Positions 12,941-25,745 of a DNA stretch of 64,000 nucleotides are shown here, one piece after another. This DNA is from Macrostomum hystrix. Taxonomy: Eukaryota; Animalia; Platyhelminthes. The notes below the pieces were generated by a model that did no database searches, was not told the origin of the DNA, and worked only from the letters and a program-made list of their open reading frames with translations. Positions within the stretch are counted from its first letter, which is position 1. Each line of letters opens with the position of its first letter. Location of the stretch: assembly GCA_950097015.1 (NCBI GenBank), contig CATNEN010000014.1:496001-560000 (forward strand). The letters are read 5' to 3'. The position numbers and the translations under genes were made by a program.

Positions 12941-13587
12941 TTGTTAAAATGAACCACCTGAAATTGACAACACCTGAGTTTGTTTCTAAGCAACACGAAT
13001 AAATAATTCAGGCTCGTTTTAAAGAGTTTTTTGAAATATTTGTGGACTTCTCCGAATGCATACTTTTAAATATATATTAGTTTGTTCTGTTGATAGAATT
13101 AGGTTTGGTTCACACTGTGGGGCAGAAGAAAGTATTGTAAAAAAACAGAATCATCATAGCCGTTCATCACTAGCAGCAAATACAAGAAGTGTTAGGGGCT
13201 ATCTATGCAGAGCTTGCAGCAGATAAACACTGTGCTTTAGTTAGGCAACAAATTTCTGGATGCGTGCAAACTTTATACAAACTTTATACAAAATAGTAGA
13301 CTAACGTTGGCAATTTTTCATTTTACTTTGCTACTATCAATCTCAAATTTAGTCTTCCTTACATATTTTTGTCTTAATATTGGTACAAGCTTAAAGCACA
13401 ATTGATTTAGAGTAGCAAGAAGTTGCTAAGCATAAAATTATATCGCTTATATTTACTTAGCTAAAAATACAAAAGCCATAATAATTTTTCCCATTGTTCT
13501 GCGCGATGGGAAAGAGTTAATAAAACATTTGGGTTATTCAAAGAGCTTTTCACTCCAATATTTTGTTCCATCAAAACTGCGCAGAAT

Positions 13588-16500
13588 CTATAGGTGTGTC
13601 GTGTCGCCACCATCACCATCTTCACCAGAGGCCCCCTTTGAAGCTTCATTATCGGCCCCGTCGAAGGCCTCGTTGACGTACTCCGAAGTGGTGGGCTGAG
13701 CCGATTCCAAAGCAAATGCTCCGGAAGTTTCTGCGGCCGTGCCGCCAGCAACAGCAGCGCCGCCGGCTTCGGCAGCACCACCAGCCGCAGCAGCAGCAAA
13801 TGCCGCGGTTCCCCCAACGGCTGCAATGCTGGAAGCCACAACAGAGCCAGAGATCGTCAGGACTTTGACGATCACGAAGACTGCGAGCCCAATAAAAGCG
13901 ATGCCAAGGACGGGGATGACAGACACCAGAGAGTAGAAGGCGGCACCAGGAGAGTCCTGTGGACCGATGGGTGGCCTAGAACTAGAGGTTGGAACGACAC
14001 TAGTAGTTATCGATGCTGTTGATTTTCTTGTTGTTGTCGTCGATGCGGTTGTTGTGGCTGTCGATGCGGTAGTCGGAGCAGTCGGATCCCTAGTGGTGGT
14101 CGGAGCAGTCGGGTCTCTAGTGGTAGTCTGAGCAGTCGGGTCTCTAGTGGTAGTCTGAGCAGTCGGGTCTCTAGTGGTGGTCGGAGCAGTCGGGTCTCTA
14201 GTGGTGGTCTGAGCAGTCGGGTCTCTAGTGGTAGTCTGAGCAGTCGGGTCTCTAGTGGTGGTCGGAGCAGTCGGGTCTCTAGTGGTAGTCTGAGCAGTCG
14301 GGTCTCTAGTGGTAGTCTGAGCAGTCGGGTCTCTAGTGGTAGTCTGAGCAGTCGGGTCTCTAGTGGTAGTCTGAGCAGTCGGGTCTCTAGTGGTGGTCGG
14401 AGCAGTCGGGTCTCTAGTGGTGGTCGGAGCAGTCGGATCTCTAGTGGTGGTCGGAGCAGTCGGATCTCTAGTGGTGGTCGGAGCAGTCGGATCTCTAGTG
14501 GTGGTCGGAGCAGTCGGATCTCTAGTGGTGGTCGGAGCAGTCGGATCTCTAGTGGTGGTCGGAGCAGTCGGATCTCTAGTGGTGGTCGGAGCAGTCGGAT
14601 CTCTAGTGGTGGTCGGAGCAGTCGGATCTCTAGTGGTGGTCGGAGCAGTCGGATCTCTAGTGGTGGTCGGAGCCGTTTGATCTCTAGACGTCGTTATGCC
14701 TGTAGTCTGGGCTGTTGTCGTTGTTGGATATACAAGATCGTCAACGAATGGAAGTACATTCTCCCACCAGCCGCAGTCCTGCCTGCGGAAGCCGAAGTTC
14801 AATTCCGGGAATTTATCGATTCCGAGAGCGCGGAAATACTTGGTGCGCTTCAGTCCCAGCTCGTAGGGTCTCCAATTCGGAGCACTCGGGTTCAAGTTCG
14901 GATTTCCATCCTTGGCGAATTTCACAAAGCGCCTCATAATTGACTCAGAGAGGTTGGCTCTATCCACAGTCTCTGCTGGACCAGGGCTTGTCGGATTGCC
15001 GAAGAAGAAGAACGCATCTTCAACTGCAAATTAGAAAATGAGGCGGCTAAGAAGGTTGCTTGATATTTATTTTGTTTTTGTCTACTTGCATGCTTAAATT
15101 TTTGTGATTTCAGAGTTTCGATTACGAATAGTTCTGGTAGAAAGAATCCAGTCGTGACATAAACTTACACAGTGTCGAACCCAGCAACGGCAAGCGCTCT
15201 CCTTGGAACAGGGCCATTTCGTCGAATAAATAGTAGTAGGTGGAGTTGTTTGGGCTGGCAGCAACGAACTTCTCCGCGAACTCGGTGATGTCGCAGGTGA
15301 AGTAGCGGTCGCTCAGTGCTTCCGCCCACTCTTGGATCTTCAGATCAAAGCTCTCTAGGTTTGACCACGGAGACTTGAACAGTTTCAGAATCTCCTGACC
15401 ACTGGTGGTCATCTGGGTCGGGAACCTTGGGAAGAAGGTGTTCGACTCGACCAGGGCCTGAAATTATTCAAGTGATGCAGTTTTGTTCTTGAGTGCGAAA
15501 GAATCGGGGCAATCAAATTATGCACTTCACACCGATGTGAATAACAGCGACTCGCACCTGTCGGTATGTCTCAAGCGTGAAGTTGTCCTTGTTCAGAATA
15601 ATGTCACCGACGATTCTCTCGAGAAGGAAATTTCCAGGACTGCTTGTCTGTCCAATGATCATCGGCATCTTGGCGAATCTTCCAGAGTTAACCAGAACCC
15701 ACGGATCGTCAGCGAAGAATTCGCCGTCAATAACAGGCTGGAACTCAATGCCCCTGAAGATCCGGTTAAAGTCCTCTTGCATCTCGTTGATCAACTCGGG
15801 TGTTAGACCTTGCAGACAGTTGAGTACATCTGAGCTGCAGCTCAATGACCTGACGAACTCGGCTTGGTACTGCTTCACAATGCTAGGCTGATCACTGAGC
15901 GGATAGCTCTGCATCGGACTGCCCGTCATCATGATGACTCTCTGGAACGGCTTGCTCGCAATTGGCTCTCGGAGGAGGTGGTATCCAACGGAGATTGAGC
16001 CAGCCTCCACACCGGCCAGCGTGATGGTGTTCTTGTCGCCACCGAACGCCTCAATGTTCTTTGCCACCCAGCTGACGGCGGCCTCCTGGTCAAACAGGCC
16101 CATGTTTCCCGTGATGCCGCTGGCTACAGAGGTTTCCAGAGCGAGGAAGCCAAAGGCTCCGAGGCGGTAGTTGATCGTGACAATCACTGCATGCTCATGA
16201 TCTAGGATGTTCCGACCGTTCCAGCGAGGCTCTGACGATGTGCCGACTTCGAAGAAGCCACCATGGATGAACACAATAACCGGATACGTGCCATTCGGAT
16301 TTCCTGCACTTCTTGGCGTCCAGATGTTCAGGAAAAGACAATCCTCGCTCATTGTGATGGGAGTGTAGTACTTTCTCTGGTAGCAAGAGGCACCCATTTC
16401 CTTTGCTTGATGTGTCACTCCTATGGGGGCAGTTAAAAAAATGAAGGGGTAATTAGAACGACCCAGACATTTTTCCGAATTTCAACAAACTCACCATCTC

Positions 16501-19500
16501 CGGCGTTCCTCAATGGCTCCGGACGCTTGAAACGTAAGTTTCCGACTGGTGGCTCAGCGTATCGCACGCCCAAGAACTCGGACATTGTGTTGTTGCCCTG
16601 AGTCACCACAGTCTGGCCAACGACAGTTCCGAATCCGCTCACGGAAACACTGTAATCAGCAATCACATTGCCCTGGATTTTCTGTGTGATTTTAGCTGTC
16701 TGAGGAGCGTTTCCGATGGACATATCAGGCAGCGCCTTTGTGGAGTCTCGTCGGGTTTTCTGGCCGAATGGCGTTCCGTTCTTCACGAGACCATCGACGT
16801 AAGGCAGGTCGTAGTACCAGACACCACATCGTTGAATAGTTTTGGCTCCCTCGGTGGCATTGTAGCGATCGTCGTAGAGGTTGTTGTAGTCGGCGTAGTC
16901 CCACACTCCCAGCTTTGTCTTTTGCCATGTGGGATCTGCAAATATTTTGGTTTTCGCTTCGATTTTAACACCGCAGCATTGGAAGTACACCGGTTTGCGC
17001 GACCTTGGTGAGCACTGACTGGAGTTAGTGAAGGACAGGCTTTGGTGGGGTGCTTTGGTCGGTGGTTGTTGGGGTGGGGGTCGCTTGTGTGGGGTGGGTT
17101 TGGCGTGGCGGGTGGTATTTAGTTTGTCGTTGTGACCCTTTTGCGTCTCGTTTGCGCGCTAGGTTTTTTTGCAAAAAAACTGCATCTGCTATTTTATTTC
17201 AATTGCCATTTTCGTATTTATTCGTTAAAATTTCTGAAAATATACACTTTGATGGGGCTTATTCTTTGCGTGCCCCTCTGCTTCATCGTCCCACGTTGTC
17301 CTGCCTTTGCCTTCAACTCAAGTTGCGGCACGTCTACCTAATTCCGGGTATTTTAGTCTTGACCAATGACAAATAGTTTCCCTTGAGCTGATGAGTGAGC
17401 ACCCAACCACTTGGTCAAAAAACACGAAGCTAAAATCACCTGATGGACAAGCTCACAAGTTATAGCTCAAGCTCATAAAAATCGGAAGCTATTTACGCTC
17501 GTACCTCAGAATTTCAACACATGCAGCATGCTGCACCTTTTCTTTATGCTTTTAGAGCGGAATGTAGAGTTTTACATGCATTTTATTAATATTTCGTCTA
17601 CAGAATCTATATTTCATTCCATTCACTCCAATCCATAATGAGACACTTGTGCTACCAAAATACTCACTCGGCTGGCCATCTCTGACGAACTTCACAATGT
17701 CCCGCATCATGCGAATCGAAAGCTTTGTGTGAGATTCCGGGTAGACGATGCCAGTACCAGCAGGAATGCCGAAAAAGTATCGGAGATCCGCTTGATGGTC
17801 TGAGCCCAGTTGTTTCCGATCGACGTCCCATGGATCTCGAGCCGTGAAAACGTACAGATAGGTCTCCGTGCTCGTTCGGTTCCGACCCTTCTGGACGATC
17901 GACTCCCACACAGGACAAAGAAAGTAGCGATCACCCACAGCCTGACCCCAGGTGTTTTGCAGAGTCTGCTTGTCAGGACTGCCGATGTAGTCATCGAAGT
18001 ACAGGTGGATGAAGTCGGTGCCGGTCTCGCTCAGTTTGCGAGGGAATCGTGGATGGTACGGGAACGTCTGGTTCAGGAACTGAAAACGGGTTTTATCAGT
18101 GTGTTTGTGATGAATATTGCTTCTAACTAATGAAATTTTCACGTTGCGAAAAATTTGAATGCATCTCAGAAACAATCTAGAGCCGTGTATCTCTCACCTT
18201 TTTGTAAGTCGAAGCATCAACGTCAGCAATGGTCAAGTTCTGATTCGCGAGAGCCTGAGCCACATAGCTTCCTCCAGTGTCTGTTGTGAATCCCATGAGC
18301 ATTTCGGTGGTGGCTGATCCAGCCTCCTGATTTCTCCATGCTTCAAGGGGGTCTCGGTTGTTGAAAAATTTTTCGTCTAGGACCGGTCGAAACTCCAACG
18401 TGAGAAGCAGCTTCAGGAATGGCGTCTGGGCGTTCACGATTGTTTGGGCATCAAGTCGCCTGATGCAAGCAATTGTTTCGGTGATGCCGGCGTTTCCACA
18501 TCCAAGTGCGAGAGCGACGAATGCGAGATTCAAGTCGCGCGTGTTCTCCTTGCCTCCATTGCTATCGTACCAAGCCATGGGCATCGTGGGGGAACCTCCC
18601 ATCATGATGGCTCGCTTGAAGAGTTGTTTCGAATCGGTGATGCTATGGAATCCGACGGCAGCCGCTCCGATACCATGTCCGGCAAGCGCGATGTTCTGAG
18701 GGTCTCCTCCGAAGTGGCTAATTTGGTCACGCACCAAACCGATCGCAAGGCGCTGGTCCAGCAGGCCCATGTTGCCGGGAAGCTCTGCGTCGTTGAGGTA
18801 CAGGAAGCCGAATGCTCCAAGTCGATAGGCCACAGTGACCAAGACGACATCCTCGTACGACAGGAGGTTTTCTCCGAATAGCTCGCGCTGACTGATGGAG
18901 CCAGATTCGAAATTCCCTCCGTGAATGTACACAATCACGGGATAGTTGCGTCCCGCCACCGCCTCCGGTGTCCAAATGTTCATATACAGACAGTCCTCAG
19001 AGATTGGAATTCCCAGCGTGCTGTTGTCTTGTGGGCAAGCTGGCGGAAGTGTCTGAGCTACTAGAGTTCCAGGAGCTCCGGAATATCCTCTCGATGGTGC
19101 GAACCTAAGATTTCCGACTGGTGAATCAGCGTAGGGCACTCCGAGGAATCTAGCTATGATTTTATTGTTTCTGTCGAGTCGAACACGGTGGCCGACGACG
19201 GTAAAGTCAGGGTTGACTACCACCGTCGCATTTCCGACGACAGTACCATCCGGTCCGATGGGGGGCCGAGTTGTTGGTTGAACTGTTGGCGGCAACGTCG
19301 TTGGATCCCTTGTCAAATTGTCCACGAAAGGGAGGATTTCATCCCAAAAGCCGCACTCCTGTCGTCGGTACCCGTCGCGGTACATCCTCGGTGGCAAGTT
19401 GTCCGCATCGAGAAGCAGATGCGACTTGTTCCTGGCATCGTACTTCTCCCACCTAATCGTTCCGCTGGGCTCGCCATCGCGCGCAAAGTTCACGATCACA

Positions 19501-22500
19501 TGCATGATTTCGTCAGACAGCTGGCGCTGCTCGTCCGGACGAGCTGGGCCCGGGCTCGACGGATTGCCGAAGACGTAGAACGCGTCTTCAACTGAAATGA
19601 GTTTTCGAAAGTCTTGCTAATTGGCGTGAGAACCAGTCTTTAAAGCCATTGTTATGGTGCTGCAACCAAGGCTAGTTGCATATATCTGCTAGAATATTCA
19701 CCTCTACTCGTGAAGAGCTCGGATTACAATAAATTCCATCAAAAACCAAAAAAGTTTTTTAGTTCACCTACATAGACTGGCGTGCTTGAGTGGTAGCGCC
19801 GATTCCTCGTAGTCTTTGCCCTCGGTGAACAGGTAGTTGAAAACTGGCTGGTTTGAAGCCTTGGAGTAGGCGTCGAGGAACTTGTTGTTTGCACAGGTAA
19901 AGTAGCGGTCGCTGACAGCGAGACCAAGGTCTCTCAGATCTCGCTCAAAGTTGCCCTGTCCGTTGTACTGCATGTAGTGGTTGCGCAGGCCAGTTCTGCC
20001 TGCGGTCGTCAACTCTGTCGGAAACCTCGGGAAGAACTCCGTCATGCGTTCCAGGGTCTGAAAATGATTTCAAGCGTTAAGAAGATACAGCAAACAATTT
20101 TAAATCCCGAAAGATTGCCCAGAGCAAAGTTAAACCTAAGCCAAAGTTCATTTGCTTAGTGCAGCTCTCGTATTGAAAGTTGTTATTACAAACTGGTGAA
20201 CAACAGTCTTAAAGTACGTCAAAAAATTATTAGCTAGGAACGATGAAGAAACAGCGCATTTTAAAAGGACTTTAGCTGCATTCGAAAAGTCTGGCTAGCT
20301 CCCCGGCGAAAATTCAGCAGACATACTCGGAAAAACCGGTCGTGAAAATTGGCATGCATTCGTCACTCACCCGAAGATAAACGCTGTGAGTGAAATTTCT
20401 TGGGGTCAGCAGCACACCCTCCGTGGCTCGCTCAAGAAGGAAATTGCCTGGTCTGTCGACGCCTCCGAAAATCATTGGAACCTGCATCAAATTTTTAGGA
20501 TCGACAGTCCACGGATCCTGAGAGATGAAGTCTCCGTCAATCATCGGTGGGAACTCAAGTCTCTGGAAAACCTGTTGGAAAACTTCCTGAGCCGCGTTGA
20601 TTGTGTCTGCAGGTAAATCCCGAATACACTTTAGAACCTCAGCACCTTGGCAGCGCAACCTAGTTTGAGCAAAGCTGATTTGAATGTCTCGAGCTTTCTC
20701 CACGTCATCCGTCAGCGGATAGGACATGTACGGAGATCCGGTCATGAGCACCACCTGGTGGAAGCGGTTCTGACTTGGTCGGGCCATGTGGTAGCCGATC
20801 GATACAGCACCTGCCTCAACGCCCATCAAAGTGATGCGCTGCTTGTTGCCTCCGAATCTGTCGATGTGGTCGGCCACCCACTGGAGAGCCATCTCCTGAT
20901 CCCAAAGACCGTAGTTTCCAACGATCTCTTTGCTGTCGAGCGAGAGGAAGCCGAACACTCCGAGTCGGTAGTTGATTGTCACAACGACGGCGTCCTCGTG
21001 ATCCAGGATCATGCTGCCGTGCCAGCGATCTTCGTTGATGCCGCCGACTTCGAAGAAGCCTCCAGGAATGAAGACAAGCACAGGAAGGTTCGAGACGTCC
21101 CTGTCGGCTCTCTTTGGCGTCCAGATGTTCAAGTAGAGGCAGTCTTCAGACATGCTCAGATTGTGGTATATCCTCTGGATACACATTGGGGGCATTTTCG
21201 TCGCATTGTGTATGGTGTCTGAAAAATAAATATAAATTTAAGAAATAATGGCAGCACTTAAGAGCGGCAAAATGTTTTAACAAAGACTCTTTAAGTATTC
21301 ATTCGATCATGCTGAGAAAATTGCTCGTACGCACCGGACGTTGTCTCTGGCTTCTCTGGCTTCGCCAATCGAAGATCTCCGACAGGCGGCTTTGCAAATG
21401 GGACTCCGAGAAATTGTGACATTGTGACGTTTGAAATCGTCCTAATAGTGTGTCCATGGACATGACCAAAGTTTGGAATCGCAACCGAGTAGTCTGCGAC
21501 TACTTCATGTACGTTGAAAGTCGAGGATTGCTGATGTAGTGGGCCAGCCGTCAGTTGCTGCTTTCCATTGACGCTAGCAAGAAGCTTGAGGAATTCTTCG
21601 TCGTCGTTGGCTGTTGAAGCGGTCAGATTGTTCACAAACGGCAGTTCATTCTTCCAGAGGGGGCAGCGGCCGGTGTTCAGCCCGAATCCATCTTCGACCA
21701 TGACTGACAGCACGGAGCCTGGACCACCTGAATCTTCCTGCACGACATCGTAGATGAGGAAGTCAGATGTTTGGAAGCTGGTCTGGTTCCATCGCGCAGG
21801 TGCTGCAATGAGTTTATACATGGCATTCAGTTGCTATAGATGTTTTTTAAACATGGAGATTCCAGCAAGCGAATTTACGGTTGCTTACCAGTGCCGTCCA
21901 TGTACTGCACAAAGTCGTCCATCATCAGCCGGGACAGATCCTTGTGAGACTCCGGATATCCGTCTCGCCTCAACGGCTCGCCAAACAGGTAGCGAATGTC
22001 TCCCCAGTGGTCGGCTCCAACCAAGCCTTCCTGCACTCGGAATGGGTCCTCCACATCAACGTAATACATGTGGATTGGGTGTTTCTTGGCTCTCAACAGG
22101 TCGCTTGCGGCCTCCCAGATTGGACACAGGAAGTTGAAGTCGCCCATCGCTCTCGACCAGATGGCCTTGATGCGCTCATTGTAGTCGAAGTAGTTCCACT
22201 CGGTGAGGGCCAGCTTGAGGAACTGCAGCGCTGAGGCTCGATTTCTGTCAGGAAATCTGGGGAAGTAGTTGAACTGCAGCTCCACGATCTGATAAGGAGA
22301 AGAATTGGGCATTAATCATTAATTTTTTACCTTATTTACTATCGATTCCAATGCGGGCTTCAGTTAAAGTTTGGAGTATTTTTGTAGGAGTCATCTTCAT
22401 CTTCATGTGGCTCCAAAAACTGTGTTGAAAATGATGCGACATTTGTCATGGAACAGTTTTTTTTAAAGTTTTAGGAAATCTGGTTTTGAGGTAAATGTAC

Positions 22501-24392
22501 TTTTGCAGCCCGTCTGTTTGTTAGATTCGCGTTTGAGGTGGTGTTCGTCTGAAATTCACGGGCAGATCGACCCAGTTTTTTACCCCCCCCTTGCAACCAC
22601 CCCTATCGATTTATTGCATGCGTAATATTTAAACATTTAACTTCCGACCCCACACACCTCAAGCTGAAGGCTAAATATAATACCATTGCCTTGGAGTTCT
22701 CTCAATGTGAATTTTTTCGACTATAGCAAATAGTTCACCAAATCGAGCGTTTTTCGACCTAGCCTAATAAACAAAATCTATGAAATTTTTGCTTCATGAT
22801 GACTACTTCAAAACTGTTTTTCTGATTCGAAGATAAGTCAACTTGTATATATTAGTCAATGACCGTAAAAATGCAAAAAAGTGATCTCAATGTGTTCTTT
22901 TCATGATGGCCATTACAATTTTTTTATTTGAAGAGATCTCCCGATTTCCCTTTTTTTCTTTGCTGAATTTAAGATGCATGAGTATTGTGTCTGAAATTTA
23001 AGATGCATGAGTATTGTGTCTGAAATTTAAGATGCAAGAGTATTGTGTCCGAAATTTAAGATGCATGAGTATTGTGTCTGAAATTTAAGATGCAAGAGTA
23101 TTGTGTCCGAAATTTAAGATGCATGAGTACAAGTGTCAGCTTTTGTCTGAAATTTAAGAAAGCATCGAGCTCACCCTCTCAAAGATGGTCCTGTTGAGCG
23201 ACTCCCACGAGATGTTGCGTCTCGCCAGCGACTGCTCGATGTAGTACCGTCCTGAGTCTGAGCCCACTCCAGTCATATACGGCTTGTCCATTTCTCCCTT
23301 CCACCATTCGTCATAAGGGTGAATATTGTTAAAGAAGGATTTGTTGAACACAGGCAAGAACAGCAGATGATCTCTCGAGTGCTGCATGTTAAGCTGCTCA
23401 GTCATGATTCTGTCGAGAGGAAGACTCCTCAGACATGTCAGGACGTCGTCCAGCGGACCTCGACCGCAATCAAGCTGAACGTTCACAAAGTATTCGCTCT
23501 CCTTCAGGACCTCCGCCGTCGAGCTTGACCAAGCGAGCGGCATTGAGGGCGAGCCACCCATCAGGATCATTCGGTCGAAGTAGGCTTTCGAGTCTGTGAC
23601 GGCGTGGAATCCGGCGGACGCAGCGTCTGTCCCGTGACCAATCAAAGTGATTCGGTTCCGGTCGCCACCGAATGCCGGGATCACTCTCCTGATAAAGTCC
23701 AATGCGAGTCGCTGATCCATCAGACCGAAGTTTCCAGGCAGCTTGTCGTCGTCCAGGAACAGAAAGCCGAGAGCTCCGAGTCGGTAATTGACTGTCACCA
23801 GAATCACGTCCTCGTTCTCGAGCAGCTGCTCACCTCGATATTCAGCCAGGCTGTTCGCTCCAGCTGTGTAGTTTCCACCGTGAAGGAACACTGCTGTCGG
23901 GTGTCTTCTGGATGTGTCTCTTGGAGCCCAGATGTTGAGGTACAGGCAGTCTTCGGACATGCTACCACCCGGCACTGGCGGGATCGTCTGAGGACATGCT
24001 GGGGGCATGGTCTTCGCTGTGTAGTTTCCTCCTTTTGGTAGTCCAGCGTTTGCGAACCGGGTTAGAGGCATTTCCGCGTACGGCACACCCAAGAACCGGT
24101 TAATTATCTTAGAGTTGTTTAACTGCACGACATGGCCAGCCAGAAGCATTCTCGAGGTGTTGTCGAGATCAAAATCGGTGAAAACTTCGTCAACTACAAT
24201 TCCTTCAGGTCCACCTGGTGGCGCAGTTGTCCTTTCTGTTGGCTCTGTTACATCTGAAACTCGATTTTGTCCATGAGTCTCAACGTTAGCCATCGATTGT
24301 TTGCCTTTGACCGAGACAGTCAGTGTCCCTACAACAATGGCAAATGTTGCCAACAGCCTAAGCGCTGCCTGTAGTCGTCGTGGCGTTGTCAT
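13588..24392 (-). CDS. Gene B: four-domain tandem non-catalytic carboxylesterase/cholinesterase-like (neuroligin-like) type I membrane protein, ~2684 aa; exons 24392-23175, 22288-21889, 21802-21335, 21218-20371, 20057-19772, 19591-18198, 18079-17668, 16935-16495, 16420-15558, 15457-15169, 15023-13588
   Basis: Signal peptide MTTPRRLQAALRLLATFAIVVGTLTVSVKG. Four copies of FLGVP(Y/F)A(x)P / SEDCL(Y/F)LNIW / GG(N/F)(F/Y) / NYRLGxxGFL / GNxGLxDQ / FGG(D/N)xxxI. Mucin stalk and TM FYSLVSVIPVLGIAFIGLAVFVIV. All introns are GT-AG with matching phases and the summed exon length (8055) is in frame. Confidence 0.85.
14070..14690 (-). repeat. Coding 27-bp minisatellite (PTAPTTTRD/PTAQTTTRD x ~23), mucin-like stalk of gene B
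   Basis: Seen directly in ORF 13588-14967. Absent from the paralogous exon of gene A. Confidence 0.95.
14750..16700 (-). other. Gene B domain 4 (type B pseudo-esterase; equals gene A domain 8)
   Basis: Elbow TLAGVEAGSISVGYH. GSTL-F-EDAFF at the catalytic His position. Confidence 0.85.
16840..19250 (-). other. Gene B domain 3 (type A pseudo-esterase; equals gene A domain 7)
   Basis: Elbow ALAGHGIGAAAVGFH. GSDHQADLRYFFG retains His. Confidence 0.85.
19320..21520 (-). other. Gene B domain 2 (type B pseudo-esterase; equals gene A domain 6)
   Basis: Elbow TLMGVEAGAVSIGYH. PGGFF oxyanion loop. Confidence 0.85.
21640..24190 (-). other. Gene B domain 1 (type A pseudo-esterase; related to gene A domains 3/5)
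   Basis: Elbow TLIGHGTDAASAGFH. GADHWGDIRYLFG retains His. Confidence 0.85.
22965..23160 (+). repeat. 29-bp minisatellite, ~6 copies, intron 1 of gene B
   Basis: Unit tgaaatttaagatgcatgagtattgtgtc. Confidence 0.9.
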
Positions 24393-24398
24393 GGCAAC
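24385..24398. promoter_or_regulatory. RFX X-box motif GTTGTCATGGCAAC overlapping the gene B start codon; second X-box-like site at 24496-24509
   Basis: Exact match to the X-box consensus GTHNYY-AT-RRNAAC. The second site is GTTGCCATGGCGTC. Confidence 0.45.
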
Positions 24399-25476
24399 GC
24401 AGTTTTTTTGGACGCCGCAAGAAAAAATGTCGATTTCGCTTTTTTGGGTTTGCTTTTATAAGCCCTTTAGCATATCAGCTGTCCGCCTTTTTTTCGTTGC
24501 CATGGCGTCAGGCATTTGCTTTGGTGTTTTGCCTATGCCATTTACTAAGATTGGTAATTTAGACTTTAAACCTACCTCTGTGCGAATTTTTATCTGTACC
24601 CAGCACCTTTCAAAGCGCTCGACGGTATATTTAGTAAATGTTTCGAGTTTGTTAATTACAACTGTTATTATCGATTTGGAAGAAAAAATCCCAGCATATA
24701 CTTCGTAGTAGATGTAGAAGCAGAAACGAGTTTTTGTAAAAAATAGGTTTTTAATTATAACAAGCAAACACACTGGAGCCCTTTAGCAGCTATGCAAACA
24801 GGCTGTTTTGCAGCCACTTTCGCAATGGCTTATTTTTGGCCTTCACCAGGGCATCTGAATTTCTGCTAGAGCAGGTGCAAAATCTAAATTTAATGACGCA
24901 CATAATTGCTAATGAGAAAACGAAAGATCAAAACTATTTTCTCCGAGCCCTTATCACAAGTGAGTAGGGGCCCACCTGTGCAAGTGTGAAGCACAGAGGC
25001 TGCAATCCAAGGCCTAAGGGGGTTTCTGGCTACCGCATAAATGGAGCTGATAGCAGCGAGCTGTATGGCGTATCAGTGACTCGGTTGGCTAAAATAGTCT
25101 AATTCCAGCACAGCCCATGTACATGTTATAAATACGAGTGTATAAAACTGTTGCCGTAGTGACATACAATCAGAAAAAACGTGCGTCATGGTTTTTTCCT
25201 AGTAGGCTCTTCATGGCATACTGGAAAGTGCTTCAATAGCGAAGAAGCAATGACGATAAGAGATACGATACAGGGCCCTGTTACAGCTCAGACTTTCCCT
25301 GTGCGACTTTGCGACACAACTAGTTTTAGTGCTAAATAGATTTATTTAAAAAACTTTCGTATCCTATAGTGCTGTGAAAATGCATTGGCACCAGCTGCAG
25401 CAGCGGCGGAACCAACTTTCAAAGCTATTCTACAGCAGCATCGTCGAGATATTCAGCATTTCTTGTCGAAGACCCT

Positions 25477-25745
25477 GGTGACAAAAACTGTGTAAACTTC
25501 TGTAAAAACATCTATGGCCAATCTACGAGCTCGTATATTTGTGCAATAATATTATACTATCAGTGGTGACAAAAACTGTGTAAACTTCTGTAAAAACATC
25601 TATGGCCAATCTACGAGCTCGTATATTTGTGCAATAATATTATACTATCAGTGGTGACAAAAACTGTGTAAACTTCTGTAAAAACATCTATGGCCAATCT
25701 ATGAGCTCGTATATTTGTGCAATAATACGAGTATTATACTATCAA
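25477..25745 (+). repeat. 88-bp tandem repeat, ~3 copies
   Basis: tgacaaaaactgtgtaaacttctgtaaaaacatctatggcc... recurs at 25479, 25567 and 25655. Confidence 0.95.

Larger units (their letters stand above)
12941..22310. repeat. Segmental duplication, copy 1 (3' UTR plus exons 2-11 and introns of gene B)
   Basis: Colinear near-identity, including introns and 3' UTR, with 39220-47940. Left breakpoint at ttgttaaaatgaaccacctgaaa. Confidence 0.95.
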
